A DNA stretch of 64,000 nucleotides from Opitutales bacterium (GTDB lineage Bacteria > Verrucomicrobiota > Verrucomicrobiia > Opitutales > JABSRG01). The notes under the pieces were generated by a model that saw only the letters and a list, made by a program, of their open reading frames with translations, made no database searches and was not told the origin of the DNA. Each line of letters begins with the position of its first letter. The stretch's first letter is position 1. Both the position numbers and the translations under genes were made by a program. The stretch spans positions 23,011 through 87,010 of the forward strand of contig JBMYOQ010000013.1 in NCBI GenBank assembly GCA_049599475.1, read 5' to 3'. Shown here one piece after another: positions 30,633-39,870 of the stretch.

Positions 30633-33600
30633 TCATTGACTATCTGATACAGAAAGGCGCACAAAGTGTTTCGTTGCGTCGGCAGGAAGCTCGATTTCGC
30701 TGGTTACGAATTCAAATTCTGAATCATTCACATCTTCTTGCGCTGATATCTGAGATACAACAGCGGGGAGCCACGTCCCTTTAAGACTATCTGTCTGAAA
30801 CACTTCATAGCTCAGCCCATGGGCAGCTGGGTCCTGGCGTCTGCGATATACGAACTCCATGACTAGAGTATCCGCACCTTCATTTACAGTGAGACCTGGG
30901 GCGAGTAGGTAATCATCACTTGGATTCGTTGGATCACCGCCGAGCGCGAACTCCATCAAATTACTCAATCCTCCCAGATCAGGATCCGCATTCTCTCCTT
31001 GCTCTCCAACAGGAATGCCCACGAAACTTTCGAGCCAGTCTTCAAAAGTAAGCTTGGATTCGCTCGATGGAATAAAACCGATATCTATGTTGTCAAAATA
31101 GGCGAGATAGCTCTCCGCATTTTTCCTATCGCGCACATAGAGGCGAACCCCGCTGGCTTGAGTGAAATCCAGGCCATTGAGTGCCCAATCACCATCATTC
31201 AAATTGACTGTGTTGCTTCCCGAGACCTCTGAGGCAGTTTCCAAATTAGTCAGCGTCCAGGATAGATCGTATTCACCCGGAGTCCCCGTCTCTTGAAATA
31301 TACCTCTGAATCGCTGCCATGCATCCTGCACGGGCGAAGCGCTATTCTCCGCGACTCCATCGACATAGAAATCTCCATCGCGATCTAGCCGTATCTCGGC
31401 GTTGACCGATGTTTGGTCAGAACCCAACAAATACAGCCTCACCGAATCATTACCATCTAAGTTGGAGGCACTGAGCGCTGTACTATAAAAATCAAACTGT
31501 ACCTCCAGTCCGTTGACCAGTGTCACGTTCTCAAAAAGGGCATTGATGAACTGGTCATCCTGTGTGCCGCTTCCGATTTGATTCATGAACAGTACCTGAG
31601 AACTCGTATTTCCCAAGGTTTCCGGATTGACTCGAATTTGATACTCTCCGGCGAAGGCCGAATAGGACAACCCGATGTCTGCCTGATCCTCACCCAGGCC
31701 ATCGACATCTTCATTCAATGCCAAACCGCTATTTGTGGTATCCAGAGGAGAGTCGTCTTCGAAGTCTTCCTGGAAAATTGAACTCTGAATTACATTAAGA
31801 GTGAATTCCTGTGTATCCACATCTCCATCACTGTCTTCTACCTGAACTGTAAAATTGGAAGTACCCAAAGTGTCTGCGGTGCCAGAGATGATTCCATCCA
31901 AGGATAGCGACAAACCCTCCGGCAAGGCACCATCGATTATCGTCCATTCGAACGGGGCGCCTAATCCAATCACCTCCAACCCAATGGAATAAGAACGGTT
32001 TAAGGGAGCGTCTGCTAGAGAGACTGTCTGAATTTCCGGGATAGGTTCCGGCTTCACTGTTGGTGAATAATATCTGACTAATAGGTTGTCGAAATACGCG
32101 AAGTAGCCATCCCTATTTTTTCGATCCTCCACGTGCATCCGAATTCCATTCGCAACCGTCGTGTCTAATGAATTGAGTGACCAATCCCCATCGTTCAAAT
32201 CCACACGATTCACTCCCGAGCTAGATGCTGCAGTCTCGATATTGGTATATGTCCAATACAAGTCGTACTCGCCCGGCGTATCTGTAGCGATGAAGATGCC
32301 CTCAAAGCTCTGCCAAGCATCCTGCACTGCTGTTCCCGTGACTACGGTTGATCCATCGATGACAACCTTTCCATCTCGATAGATTCCCATCTGGGCGTTT
32401 GCAGAGCTGTCGTCTTCACCAATCAAATACAGTCTAACAGAATCCGAACTGTGTAATTCCTCGGCATTCACAACTGTGCTGTAAAAATCGAAGCTGATCT
32501 CTAGGCCGTCTACAGGAATCGTTGCATCAAAGAATCCATTGATAAACTGGCTATTCTGACTGCCATCTATGGCGTTCATGAAGAGCACTTGAGAGCTCGA
32601 ATTTCCATTCGCTTCCGGATTGAGCTGCACTTGGTAGTCTCCTGCAGGATTTCCGTAGGCCTTTCCGACATCAGCGATATCCTCGCCACCGGCATCCACA
32701 TCACCACGAAGCGACAGCCCTTGATCAGTGGCGTCCAAGGGAAAATCATCTTCAAAATCGTCGCTAAAGACTCGTGCACTATTCACGATGGTAATCGTGT
32801 AGCTCTGTACGAAAGTATCTCCGCTCGCATCCTCAATCTGTATCTCGATATCTGTGACAGCTTCCTCAACAGGAACACCGCTAATCACTCCATTATCGGT
32901 ATCGAACGACAAACCAGAAGGGAGTGAACCACTCACCACGGACCACTCTAACGGACCATCCTCGCCACGCGATTGAAGCTCGATGGAATATTCAGCTCCG
33001 ACCACGAAATCAGGCAAGGATGCCGTGACGATAGCCGGTATATCTAGTGGAATCGTATTCCGCAATAAGATGACCCAGTCTCCATCTTCGGATATCGGAG
33101 GCGTCCCCAAATTCACACTACTCCCACTGGAAACCTCAGTGATCGCTGTCTGCCTCAAAGCACCGCCCTTTCTAGGGTCGTACCAATCGACAGTATAGTT
33201 TCCGAAATCATTCGTGAGATCTACCGTAGTCTCTCCGCCAAACTTGAGATAGATAAGGTGAACATCGCCTGCTTTGGACAAGACCCAACTATCCGTATTG
33301 CTGGAGATCGCATTATTGATGCTCATCTCGTGGAAGGGGATATTGTTATCGCTAAAGAATTGGAGCATGTATCGGCAATAGTCCCAATATTCATCCCGAC
33401 TTCTGAAATCCTGAAGAGTCAAATCCGATTCATCTTCTTGGTAGCCAAAGTAGAAGTTTGCCCCGGCACCCCCGGCCATAACGGTTCCCCAAAGCGCTTG
33501 CTTACGCCCATATTCTTGAGCCACATTTGATGAAAGGTCAGGTGCCAAGGCGATACTAGCATTTCCCGGCTCGTCACTGAACACCACCCAGGGCCTCCCG

Positions 33601-35771
33601 GCTTCAGCCGATTGTTCCACCCAATTTGAGACGTCTCCATATACATCATTGAAGGAACCGTTGCCCATTTGAAGGGATGCACCTGTCAAATATGAACCTG
33701 TAGATGTATCAGGATCAAAGGGCTCCATGGGCTCCCCCTTTAGTTTTCCATACACTGCATTTTTGCCTCCGGGGTAGGTATGAATTACAGTCAGGTGACG
33801 ATATGGATCATTCTCGTGGAAGAATTGCGTATAGGATTTAACGGCAGTCTGCTCCGTATCTGCCAGTTCATTATTTTCATGCATATCATTTTCTTCACCG
33901 AGGTTCCACGTAACCCCTAAGTTGTGACCAAAACGAGCCATCAACTCTCGATAATACAATTTGCGTTCTCGCCCGAGATATCCTCCGTCCAAAAGCAGAT
34001 CATTCTCAGTCTCCTGCGTTTTAATATCCATGAGCATTCCGCGTTTGGTCGCGTAGGCCATGATGCGTTCCCATTGAGCCATTTTAGAAACATCGAAACG
34101 GTCATGATATACCACACTGGCATCCCAGCGCGCATCATCTCCAATAGCCTCGTAGGCTGCGACATCATCAATCAACAGATGAGGGAAGACATTATCGTCG
34201 TCCCCATCCAAATTGAATGTAAGGAAGGAAAAAGAATTTAAGCGCTCGGTCCCAGATAAGTAGCGCAGCGCGCCCAATATCTCTGTTCCCTGAGTTTCGC
34301 CCGTACCTGGATTAGTCCATGTATAGAAGGCTGCATCATCCGCATCGTAGTCATCAGCGTGAGGCGCCCAGCTTTTTCGCAGGTTTCCATTTCCATTCCT
34401 GTCATTGGGCGTGTCATCAAAATCTTCATACGCCAACATGTTCTCAGGGGAATCAGGGCCCGCTTTCATAAAATATTCTCCACTCCCGGCGAATTGGAGA
34501 AATCTTTCACCGACATAGCTCAAGCGACCGCGGTTGGGACTCCTGAAATCAAAGCCAGACTTATCACTTTCAACGATGGTAAATGAGCCTGATAGACCGT
34601 TTAATCCGCTCACCGCTGTGCCAGCATCTGAATCACCGGAAATGGCCACATCTGCCCCCTCACGAAACAGGACTTCGTAATCCCACACGCCTATTTTGTC
34701 TGGGGACAGATGGGCCCTCCATTTATCGCCTCCTGTGGCCGAAGTATTGAGCGCATTGCCATCCGCCGCAAAATATCCAGGAACGGTGTAGCTTAACCCG
34801 CTCGCACTATGCGTGAACACTACCTCCATCCGGTAATCCGTAAACGGATTGGGCGTTGCAGTCTCGCTCGAGCTCGGTCCTGTAAGGGTAAGATCGACCT
34901 TATGCCAACGCTTCAGCTGCCCTCCAATAGTAACCAGTCCATTCACGACTGGTGTATCTAATGTCTCCGTTGCCGTGTCATCGGCAAGTGGCTGATCTTG
35001 GGGTGCACCATTCAAGATATCATTGGGTATATCCGCTTCCGCGAGCAATGCCGATTCCGGGTTGCTCAAGTCACGTACGGTAGACTTTTCGCTGCTCGTA
35101 TTTTGGTCGTTGTGCCGGAATAAAATACGATTGATCTTAAAATCCCGAGATCGACCTGAAATCGTGAATGTATAGATCTCTCCGGCATATAGCCTATATT
35201 CTGCACGGCGTTTATTACCTTCTCCCCCTAGATCTATACGACTCCCAGACTCCCAAACGAATTGGTTATTATTTCCACCAAAAAATTTGTAGTGGGATCT
35301 CAAGACTTCTAGAGGTGCGTCATTATTATGATATTCGTGACTGTAAGACAGTGAATTATTTGGAATATCAAGGGGGTCTGGGTTTACGGCATCGAAATTT
35401 CCTGTGAGCTTAATGAAGCAATCATTAGCGACATCAGTGCGGTTTGCCTGATTTAATTTAGCAGCATGGAGCTCTAGGTGATATATGCCGCCCTTGTTGA
35501 TCCTAAAGCGGTACTCCAAGGGTGAATTCACCGGACCACTCGTGTAGCTATTTCCGGTAAATTCTATAGCTCCGGTTCCCGTCAAATCGGAAACGTCTGT
35601 TGTCGTATTCAGAATCCACTCACCAAAATCTGAATCCGTATTTTCAGCCTCCATGATGACAGTTCCGTCCAAGGGATCATTCGGATCAAACGTTTCATCG
35701 TATATTCTGGGTTGCGCCTGTAAGGAGCCGAGACATGCACATGCCAAGCAGTACATACTCAGATTTTTCAT
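30633..35771 (-). CDS. Giant secreted multidomain protein (DUF5060 + glycosidase-like barrel + Ig-like repeats)
   Basis: Signal peptide; NPFTDYRMEVVFTH..VPGYFAADG, WNLGEEN, DWYDPRKGG; two GSLPSGLS/GALPEGLS Ig-like units; C-terminal DPDLGGLSNLMEFALGGDP. Confidence 0.8.
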   Translation of the reverse strand: MKNLSMYCLACACLGSLQAQPRIYDETFDPNDPLDGTVIMEAENTDSDFGEWILNTTTDVSDLTGTGAIEFTGNSYTSGPVNSPLEYRFRINKGGIYHLELHAAKLNQANRTDVANDCFIKLTGNFDAVNPDPLDIPNNSLSYSHEYHNNDAPLEVLRSHYKFFGGNNNQFVWESGSRIDLGGEGNKRRAEYRLYAGEIYTFTISGRSRDFKINRILFRHNDQNTSSEKSTVRDLSNPESALLAEADIPNDILNGAPQDQPLADDTATETLDTPVVNGLVTIGGQLKRWHKVDLTLTGPSSSETATPNPFTDYRMEVVFTHSASGLSYTVPGYFAADGNALNTSATGGDKWRAHLSPDKIGVWDYEVLFREGADVAISGDSDAGTAVSGLNGLSGSFTIVESDKSGFDFRSPNRGRLSYVGERFLQFAGSGEYFMKAGPDSPENMLAYEDFDDTPNDRNGNGNLRKSWAPHADDYDADDAAFYTWTNPGTGETQGTEILGALRYLSGTERLNSFSFLTFNLDGDDDNVFPHLLIDDVAAYEAIGDDARWDASVVYHDRFDVSKMAQWERIMAYATKRGMLMDIKTQETENDLLLDGGYLGRERKLYYRELMARFGHNLGVTWNLGEENDMHENNELADTEQTAVKSYTQFFHENDPYRHLTVIHTYPGGKNAVYGKLKGEPMEPFDPDTSTGSYLTGASLQMGNGSFNDVYGDVSNWVEQSAEAGRPWVVFSDEPGNASIALAPDLSSNVAQEYGRKQALWGTVMAGGAGANFYFGYQEDESDLTLQDFRSRDEYWDYCRYMLQFFSDNNIPFHEMSINNAISSNTDSWVLSKAGDVHLIYLKFGGETTVDLTNDFGNYTVDWYDPRKGGALRQTAITEVSSGSSVNLGTPPISEDGDWVILLRNTIPLDIPAIVTASLPDFVVGAEYSIELQSRGEDGPLEWSVVSGSLPSGLSFDTDNGVISGVPVEEAVTDIEIQIEDASGDTFVQSYTITIVNSARVFSDDFEDDFPLDATDQGLSLRGDVDAGGEDIADVGKAYGNPAGDYQVQLNPEANGNSSSQVLFMNAIDGSQNSQFINGFFDATIPVDGLEISFDFYSTVVNAEELHSSDSVRLYLIGEDDSSANAQMGIYRDGKVVIDGSTVVTGTAVQDAWQSFEGIFIATDTPGEYDLYWTYTNIETAASSSGVNRVDLNDGDWSLNSLDTTVANGIRMHVEDRKNRDGYFAYFDNLLVRYYSPTVKPEPIPEIQTVSLADAPLNRSYSIGLEVIGLGAPFEWTIIDGALPEGLSLSLDGIISGTADTLGTSNFTVQVEDSDGDVDTQEFTLNVIQSSIFQEDFEDDSPLDTTNSGLALNEDVDGLGEDQADIGLSYSAFAGEYQIRVNPETLGNTSSQVLFMNQIGSGTQDDQFINALFENVTLVNGLEVQFDFYSTALSASNLDGNDSVRLYLLGSDQTSVNAEIRLDRDGDFYVDGVAENSASPVQDAWQRFRGIFQETGTPGEYDLSWTLTNLETASEVSGSNTVNLNDGDWALNGLDFTQASGVRLYVRDRKNAESYLAYFDNIDIGFIPSSESKLTFEDWLESFVGIPVGEQGENADPDLGGLSNLMEFALGGDPTNPSDDYLLAPGLTVNEGADTLVMEFVYRRRQDPAAHGLSYEVFQTDSLKGTWLPAVVSQISAQEDVNDSEFEFVTSEIELPADATKHFVRLSVSDSQ
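31070..33040 (-). repeat. Intragenic tandem duplication of about 1 kb (Ig-like unit + acidic domain); boundaries approximate
   Basis: FSDDFEDDFPLDAT..SSQVLFMN..DSVRLYL..VQDAWQ..PGEYDL..LNDGDW..DRKN..AYFDN recurs as FQEDFEDDSPLDTT.. with the same motifs. Confidence 0.9.
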
Positions 35772-35854
35772 CGGAGGACGGGAGATCATTGTAGAGGGAT
35801 ATGTGGGGGTTGGTGGTTGGTTTTTTTAAAGGGTAGAGAAGCCCTAAAAGTATT

Positions 35855-37120
35855 CTACAAATCGCTTTTCACTGCGAAATGGAGCTCTGGAGGATTATCG
35901 CTTCTCCGCGAACTCAAAAAGAAATCATTACCGCCTGGATCCATTGCGACCAGAAAGTGGTTGATACCTGGTCGTAAGGCCGTAGGCGGAAATTCAAAAT
36001 CGATTGGATGCTCTGCTGTAAACTTGCCTTCAACAGATGCCAGTTCATGGCGGGGCAAAGTCTTCGATGTTTCGGGAGTCGCACCGTCGGGCAATAAAAA
36101 GAGACGCACAATCCCTTCTCCGTATTTTTCGTGCACCTTGTATTCAAAATAAAAACGCATCTTGCAGGAATACTGGACGAGCGCTTCATCCCCTAAATCA
36201 AAAGTGAGAAAAGGGGCGCTTCCTTTTAGAGGGTCCACCCTCAGGGCTCGGGATCTAGCATAACCAAAATCGTCCTCGGGATTTATGATTCTCTTCTCGA
36301 AATTTTGTACTTCCAGTTGGGCGCTATCTGAATCGACCACTTGGCGACGATTCAAGAGAACCGACTCCTCAGTATCAGAAGCTTCGAAACTTACAGTCCC
36401 CTCTCCGACAGCAACCTGTGTATTTTCTTCGGCGCTTACGCTAAACCGGGTGCCCAAAACTCGCACAATTCCGTGGGCAGTTTCGACCATCAAGGGTGCC
36501 CCTTCAACTTGCTTGGCCACCTTGGCTTTCAGGAAACCACGATCCAAGCGCAAGACTTTCGCACCATCTCTCTCCGAGATGAATAGCTCGGAATTCTCTG
36601 CGATTCTTATGGTCGTATCTTCTCCGATGTAATGAAACTGTAGTGACGTTTTCGAGTCCGTACTTATTCGATCCCCGACGGCAAGTGTTTGACCTTCGAG
36701 CGCCACTCGAGATTCCCCGCTTACGGGGACAATGGAAGATGTGCCATCAGGATTGTAAATCTGCTCGATCGTAGCCACAGGACGACCGTAAACCTCATTA
36801 ACGTCATTCTGCGTCCACCAATAGGCTCCCGCTAAAGCTAGAAGCACCACAAAGATCGCTGCTATTTTAAAAATTACAGGGAAAGGAATCGGCACGCCCG
36901 GGCGGGGTCGACTACACTGACTCTTTTTCCTGATTCTTTGCTCTTCGTGAGTCTCGCGAAAACTCGCATCAATCAAGGTCCCTAGATGGAAATACTCCGC
37001 CGCTTCGGCGCGGCTTTTTGCTCTGCTCAACAAGGATTTCAATTCCTGGATTTCAGCCGCATCCAAGGATCCTTCTTCATGCCCGATCAAAAGCTCTTGC
37101 AATCGATTCATAGCGAGCAC
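35855..37120 (-). CDS. FecR-domain anti-sigma protein
   Basis: N-terminal helical domain, TM, LDRGFLKAKV..VETAHGIVRVLGTRFSV..VAVGEGTV. Confidence 0.85.
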   Translation of the reverse strand: MLAMNRLQELLIGHEEGSLDAAEIQELKSLLSRAKSRAEAAEYFHLGTLIDASFRETHEEQRIRKKSQCSRPRPGVPIPFPVIFKIAAIFVVLLALAGAYWWTQNDVNEVYGRPVATIEQIYNPDGTSSIVPVSGESRVALEGQTLAVGDRISTDSKTSLQFHYIGEDTTIRIAENSELFISERDGAKVLRLDRGFLKAKVAKQVEGAPLMVETAHGIVRVLGTRFSVSAEENTQVAVGEGTVSFEASDTEESVLLNRRQVVDSDSAQLEVQNFEKRIINPEDDFGYARSRALRVDPLKGSAPFLTFDLGDEALVQYSCKMRFYFEYKVHEKYGEGIVRLFLLPDGATPETSKTLPRHELASVEGKFTAEHPIDFEFPPTALRPGINHFLVAMDPGGNDFFLSSRRSDNPPELHFAVKSDL

Positions 37121-37632
37121 GACTCCATTCTCTTATCGACACATTGCTTGAGCGTTTCTCGTGTTCGGAACAGCATTACTTTTACCGCACTCGTACCTTT
37201 TTTCAGGACTTCGGAGAGCTGCGCAATCGACATCTGCTCTTCATGCCGCAGCCGCAAGAGTTCCGATGATTTTTGAGGTAAACGACCAATACACACTTTG
37301 AGGGCTTCTTCACGATCTCGCCACGTGGTCGCATCATGATTTTCCTCGAATGCCAAATCGAACAGATTAATCAGCTCACTATCGTAAACGACCTTTGAAT
37401 TAGCCTGAGACCTCCAGCGGTTTAAAACTATATTTTTTGCCACTCGGCGGCACCATGCAGCTGAGTTCGGCATTGATTTGCCCTTCTCAATCGCACCATC
37501 GAACGCTAACCATACTTCTTGGAACACATCCTCGGCACCATCTGTACCCCCTAGGACCGTCCGGATATATGCCATCAGGGCATGCCGGTCTTCCAGGAAT
37601 TGTTTATTTAGTGTCCTCCTTAGGTCTTTCAT
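37108..37632 (-). CDS. ECF sigma-70 factor
   Basis: AEDVFQEVW, AWCRRVAKN, LKVCIGRLP, AVKVMLFRTRETLKQC. Confidence 0.92.
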   Translation of the reverse strand: MKDLRRTLNKQFLEDRHALMAYIRTVLGGTDGAEDVFQEVWLAFDGAIEKGKSMPNSAAWCRRVAKNIVLNRWRSQANSKVVYDSELINLFDLAFEENHDATTWRDREEALKVCIGRLPQKSSELLRLRHEEQMSIAQLSEVLKKGTSAVKVMLFRTRETLKQCVDKRMESCSL

Positions 37633-37649
37633 AGGGGGTTCACATAGCC

Positions 37650-37675
37650 ATAACGCTCAGGCAGCAAAGGTTACA
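37650..37675 (-). promoter_or_regulatory. Possible ECF autoregulatory promoter
   Basis: Minus strand TGTAAC-N14-CGTTAT upstream of the sigma gene; single copy, atypical spacing. Confidence 0.3.
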
Positions 37676-37897
37676 TTTTTTTCAAATTATAAGATGATGC
37701 GCTTCCAACAGCCACAGTTCGGAAGCTCAATTTAAGAAGTCGGATGCAATGCTCCCAAATGTCCTAGTAGCTTTAGATTGGACGCTAAGATAAGAGGTAA
37801 AACTATCTTTAATAGCGTTATAAAAACGCCTTTACGACCCAACCCGTGCTTGATCTGCAAAAATCTGCGATTTCAGCAGAAAATTTCATTTTTCAAC

Positions 37898-37925
37898 TTG
37901 ATTTAATGAGAATGATTCTCACTCT
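37898..37925 (+). promoter_or_regulatory. Promoter overlapped by a Fur-family box
   Basis: TTGATT-N16-CACTCT containing a perfect 7-1-7 inverted repeat TGAGAAT-G-ATTCTCA (37907-37921); Fur consensus is TGATAAT-N-ATTATCA. Confidence 0.75.
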
Positions 37926-37931
37926 CACAAT

Positions 37932-38015
37932 TAAGAGGCTTGAGACCCCTCTATAAAGATAAGATGATACGCAGAAATGCCCCTGCCGGTGAGCGCCGGT
38001 AGGGGCCATTTTTTT
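37932..38015 (+). ncRNA. Candidate Fur-repressed small RNA (about 85 nt; 5' end estimated)
   Basis: Promoter with Fur box, short 5' hairpin (AGAGG..CCTCT), purine-rich linker, strong terminator; only a 12-codon ORF inside. Confidence 0.6.
37979..38015 (+). terminator. Intrinsic terminator
   Basis: GCCCCTGCCGG-TGAGCG-CCGGTAGGGGC, then CA-T7; no plus-strand protein gene lies upstream. Confidence 0.85.
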
Positions 38016-38191
38016 GCTGAAACAATTGGAGAGCTGCCGCGGTCCATTCTGGTCCATAGGCTATTCGTGCGACTGAAGGAGATCGTCGGATACTGCATCA
38101 CAAAAGAGGCCCATTACCCAACGCGCGCAAATTGCCGTCTAATCCATTGCAGTTGCGACACGATACTTTAATAGAACCTGCTCAACTTATC

Positions 38192-39022
38192 ATGCGGAAA
38201 CGAATCATCGCATACCTAGCGACTTTTATCCCTCTGTTCATCATGATGTCTTACGTGGTCAACGCTCAGTTCTACCATCCCAATAATGAAGACTATGGGT
38301 CGCCTGCTAAATTTGGTCTGCAGCACGAAGATCTTCATTTTAAAAGCTCCGATGGCGTTCAGCTCCACGGCTGGTATATCCAAGCACAGCAGTCGCCCAA
38401 GAAGGGCACCATTCTACATTTCCACGGCAACGCTCAGAATATCTCAGCGCACCTGAATGGTGTCTATTGGCTAGCAGAGGCGGGTTATGACCTCTACTTA
38501 ATCGACTACCGAGGGTTCGGAAGATCGAAAGGTAAGCCTGACCAGAAAGGCGTATTTGCAGATTGTGTAGCGGCAATCGAACTGGTTCAAGCCAGGCTGA
38601 AGGACGGAGAGGGATTCGTGATCCTAGGACAGAGTATGGGAGCGGCCAACGCCATTGCCGTAAGCGGAGAGAAGAAATTTGAAAACCTAAGGGGCGTAAT
38701 CGCCGAGGCTCCGTTTTACTCCTACCGCACAATCGCTAAGGACAAGGTGGGAGGCCTCTTAACCCCCCTCGTCGGCGTCTTTGTGAAAGACCACAAGAGC
38801 CCTCACCTTGTGGTGGGAGATATCAGCCCGACTCCGCTTCTGATCGTCCACGGCACAGCGGATGTCGTAGTCCCCTACCAACACGGGAAAGATTTATACG
38901 AAGACGCAAAAGAACCCAAAGAATTGTGGACCGTGCCTGGGGCGGGTCATCTCGACATTTTCTACGATCCGGAAAACCAAAGCAAACTCCTTCAGTTACT
39001 AGAAATTTGGTTCAAAGAATAA
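38192..39022 (+). CDS. Alpha/beta hydrolase
   Basis: Start moved to MRKRII; HFHGNA, DYRGFG, GQSMG, HGTADVVVP, GAGH. Confidence 0.9.
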   Translation: MRKRIIAYLATFIPLFIMMSYVVNAQFYHPNNEDYGSPAKFGLQHEDLHFKSSDGVQLHGWYIQAQQSPKKGTILHFHGNAQNISAHLNGVYWLAEAGYDLYLIDYRGFGRSKGKPDQKGVFADCVAAIELVQARLKDGEGFVILGQSMGAANAIAVSGEKKFENLRGVIAEAPFYSYRTIAKDKVGGLLTPLVGVFVKDHKSPHLVVGDISPTPLLIVHGTADVVVPYQHGKDLYEDAKEPKELWTVPGAGHLDIFYDPENQSKLLQLLEIWFKE

Positions 39023-39102
39023 ATCGAAACTGTAAAGCTCGAGCCACTTGTAGGCGGCAATTGCTCATTAGCGCCCGAGAGAGCGACACAGGAAACAGGA
39101 TA

Positions 39103-39762
39103 CTAGCGTTTACCCCACAAGCGGTAACCGCCTTTGAACGCATTGGCATTCGTGCCTAGAATGCAATCTTCCGGGAGTTCTTTAAGCTCTTTGGCATTCC
39201 CTCCACCAAGCACAATATATTCGGCCTGCATAGCCATCTTCAGCATGGGCACGGCCTCGGCGACCAATTTACGCCACTTTTTCTTTCCAAGTTTTTCGAG
39301 GCTCCGGACGCCTAGCCATTCCTCAAATGTCTTACCCTTTTTGAAGGGTAGGTGGGCCAGCTCTAAGGGCTGCACCGTTTTATTGATTACTAAGGCAGCT
39401 CCCAGGCCCGTTCCCAATCCGAGGAAGAGCATCCGGCCTCCGTTATAACTCCCCAGTGCCTGCATGGCAGCATCATTGATCATCTTGACTGGTTTTCCAA
39501 AGGCGCCTTCGAAATCGAAATCTACCCAACCGTCGCCCAGGTTTTTGGGCTCAATCAAAGGCTTCCCGTCAACCACGGGACCTGGGTAACCGATGGAAAT
39601 TACATCGAATACCCACCCTGCGGCCTGCGTCTGTTCCAAGACGGCAGTCACCATATCTTGCGGAGTCAATTCCGGCCCAGAGGGAATTTTGATCCTCTTT
39701 CTACGCCCTGTTGCCAGCAGTTTCACATTACTTCCCCCAATATCGACGACGAGCACTTTCAT
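39103..39762 (-). CDS. ROK-family sugar kinase (polyphosphate glucokinase-like)
   Basis: Start moved to MKVLVVDIGGSNVK; GYPGPV, INDAAMQALG, LGLGTGLG, ELAHLP, LGGGN. Confidence 0.85.
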   Translation of the reverse strand: MKVLVVDIGGSNVKLLATGRRKRIKIPSGPELTPQDMVTAVLEQTQAAGWVFDVISIGYPGPVVDGKPLIEPKNLGDGWVDFDFEGAFGKPVKMINDAAMQALGSYNGGRMLFLGLGTGLGAALVINKTVQPLELAHLPFKKGKTFEEWLGVRSLEKLGKKKWRKLVAEAVPMLKMAMQAEYIVLGGGNAKELKELPEDCILGTNANAFKGGYRLWGKR

Positions 39763-39870
39763 AGACCCTAAAATCGGCATAACTTCCCAAAACACAAGAT
39801 AGTTGAGTCGATACAAGTGATCTTGAAAAAACGTTCCACGAATGGGCATTTCCACTGCTTAGGAAAGGCG

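Noticed and set aside
37977-38171. 64-aa ORF
   Set aside because: Runs through the terminator hairpin and T-tract; no protein-like features.
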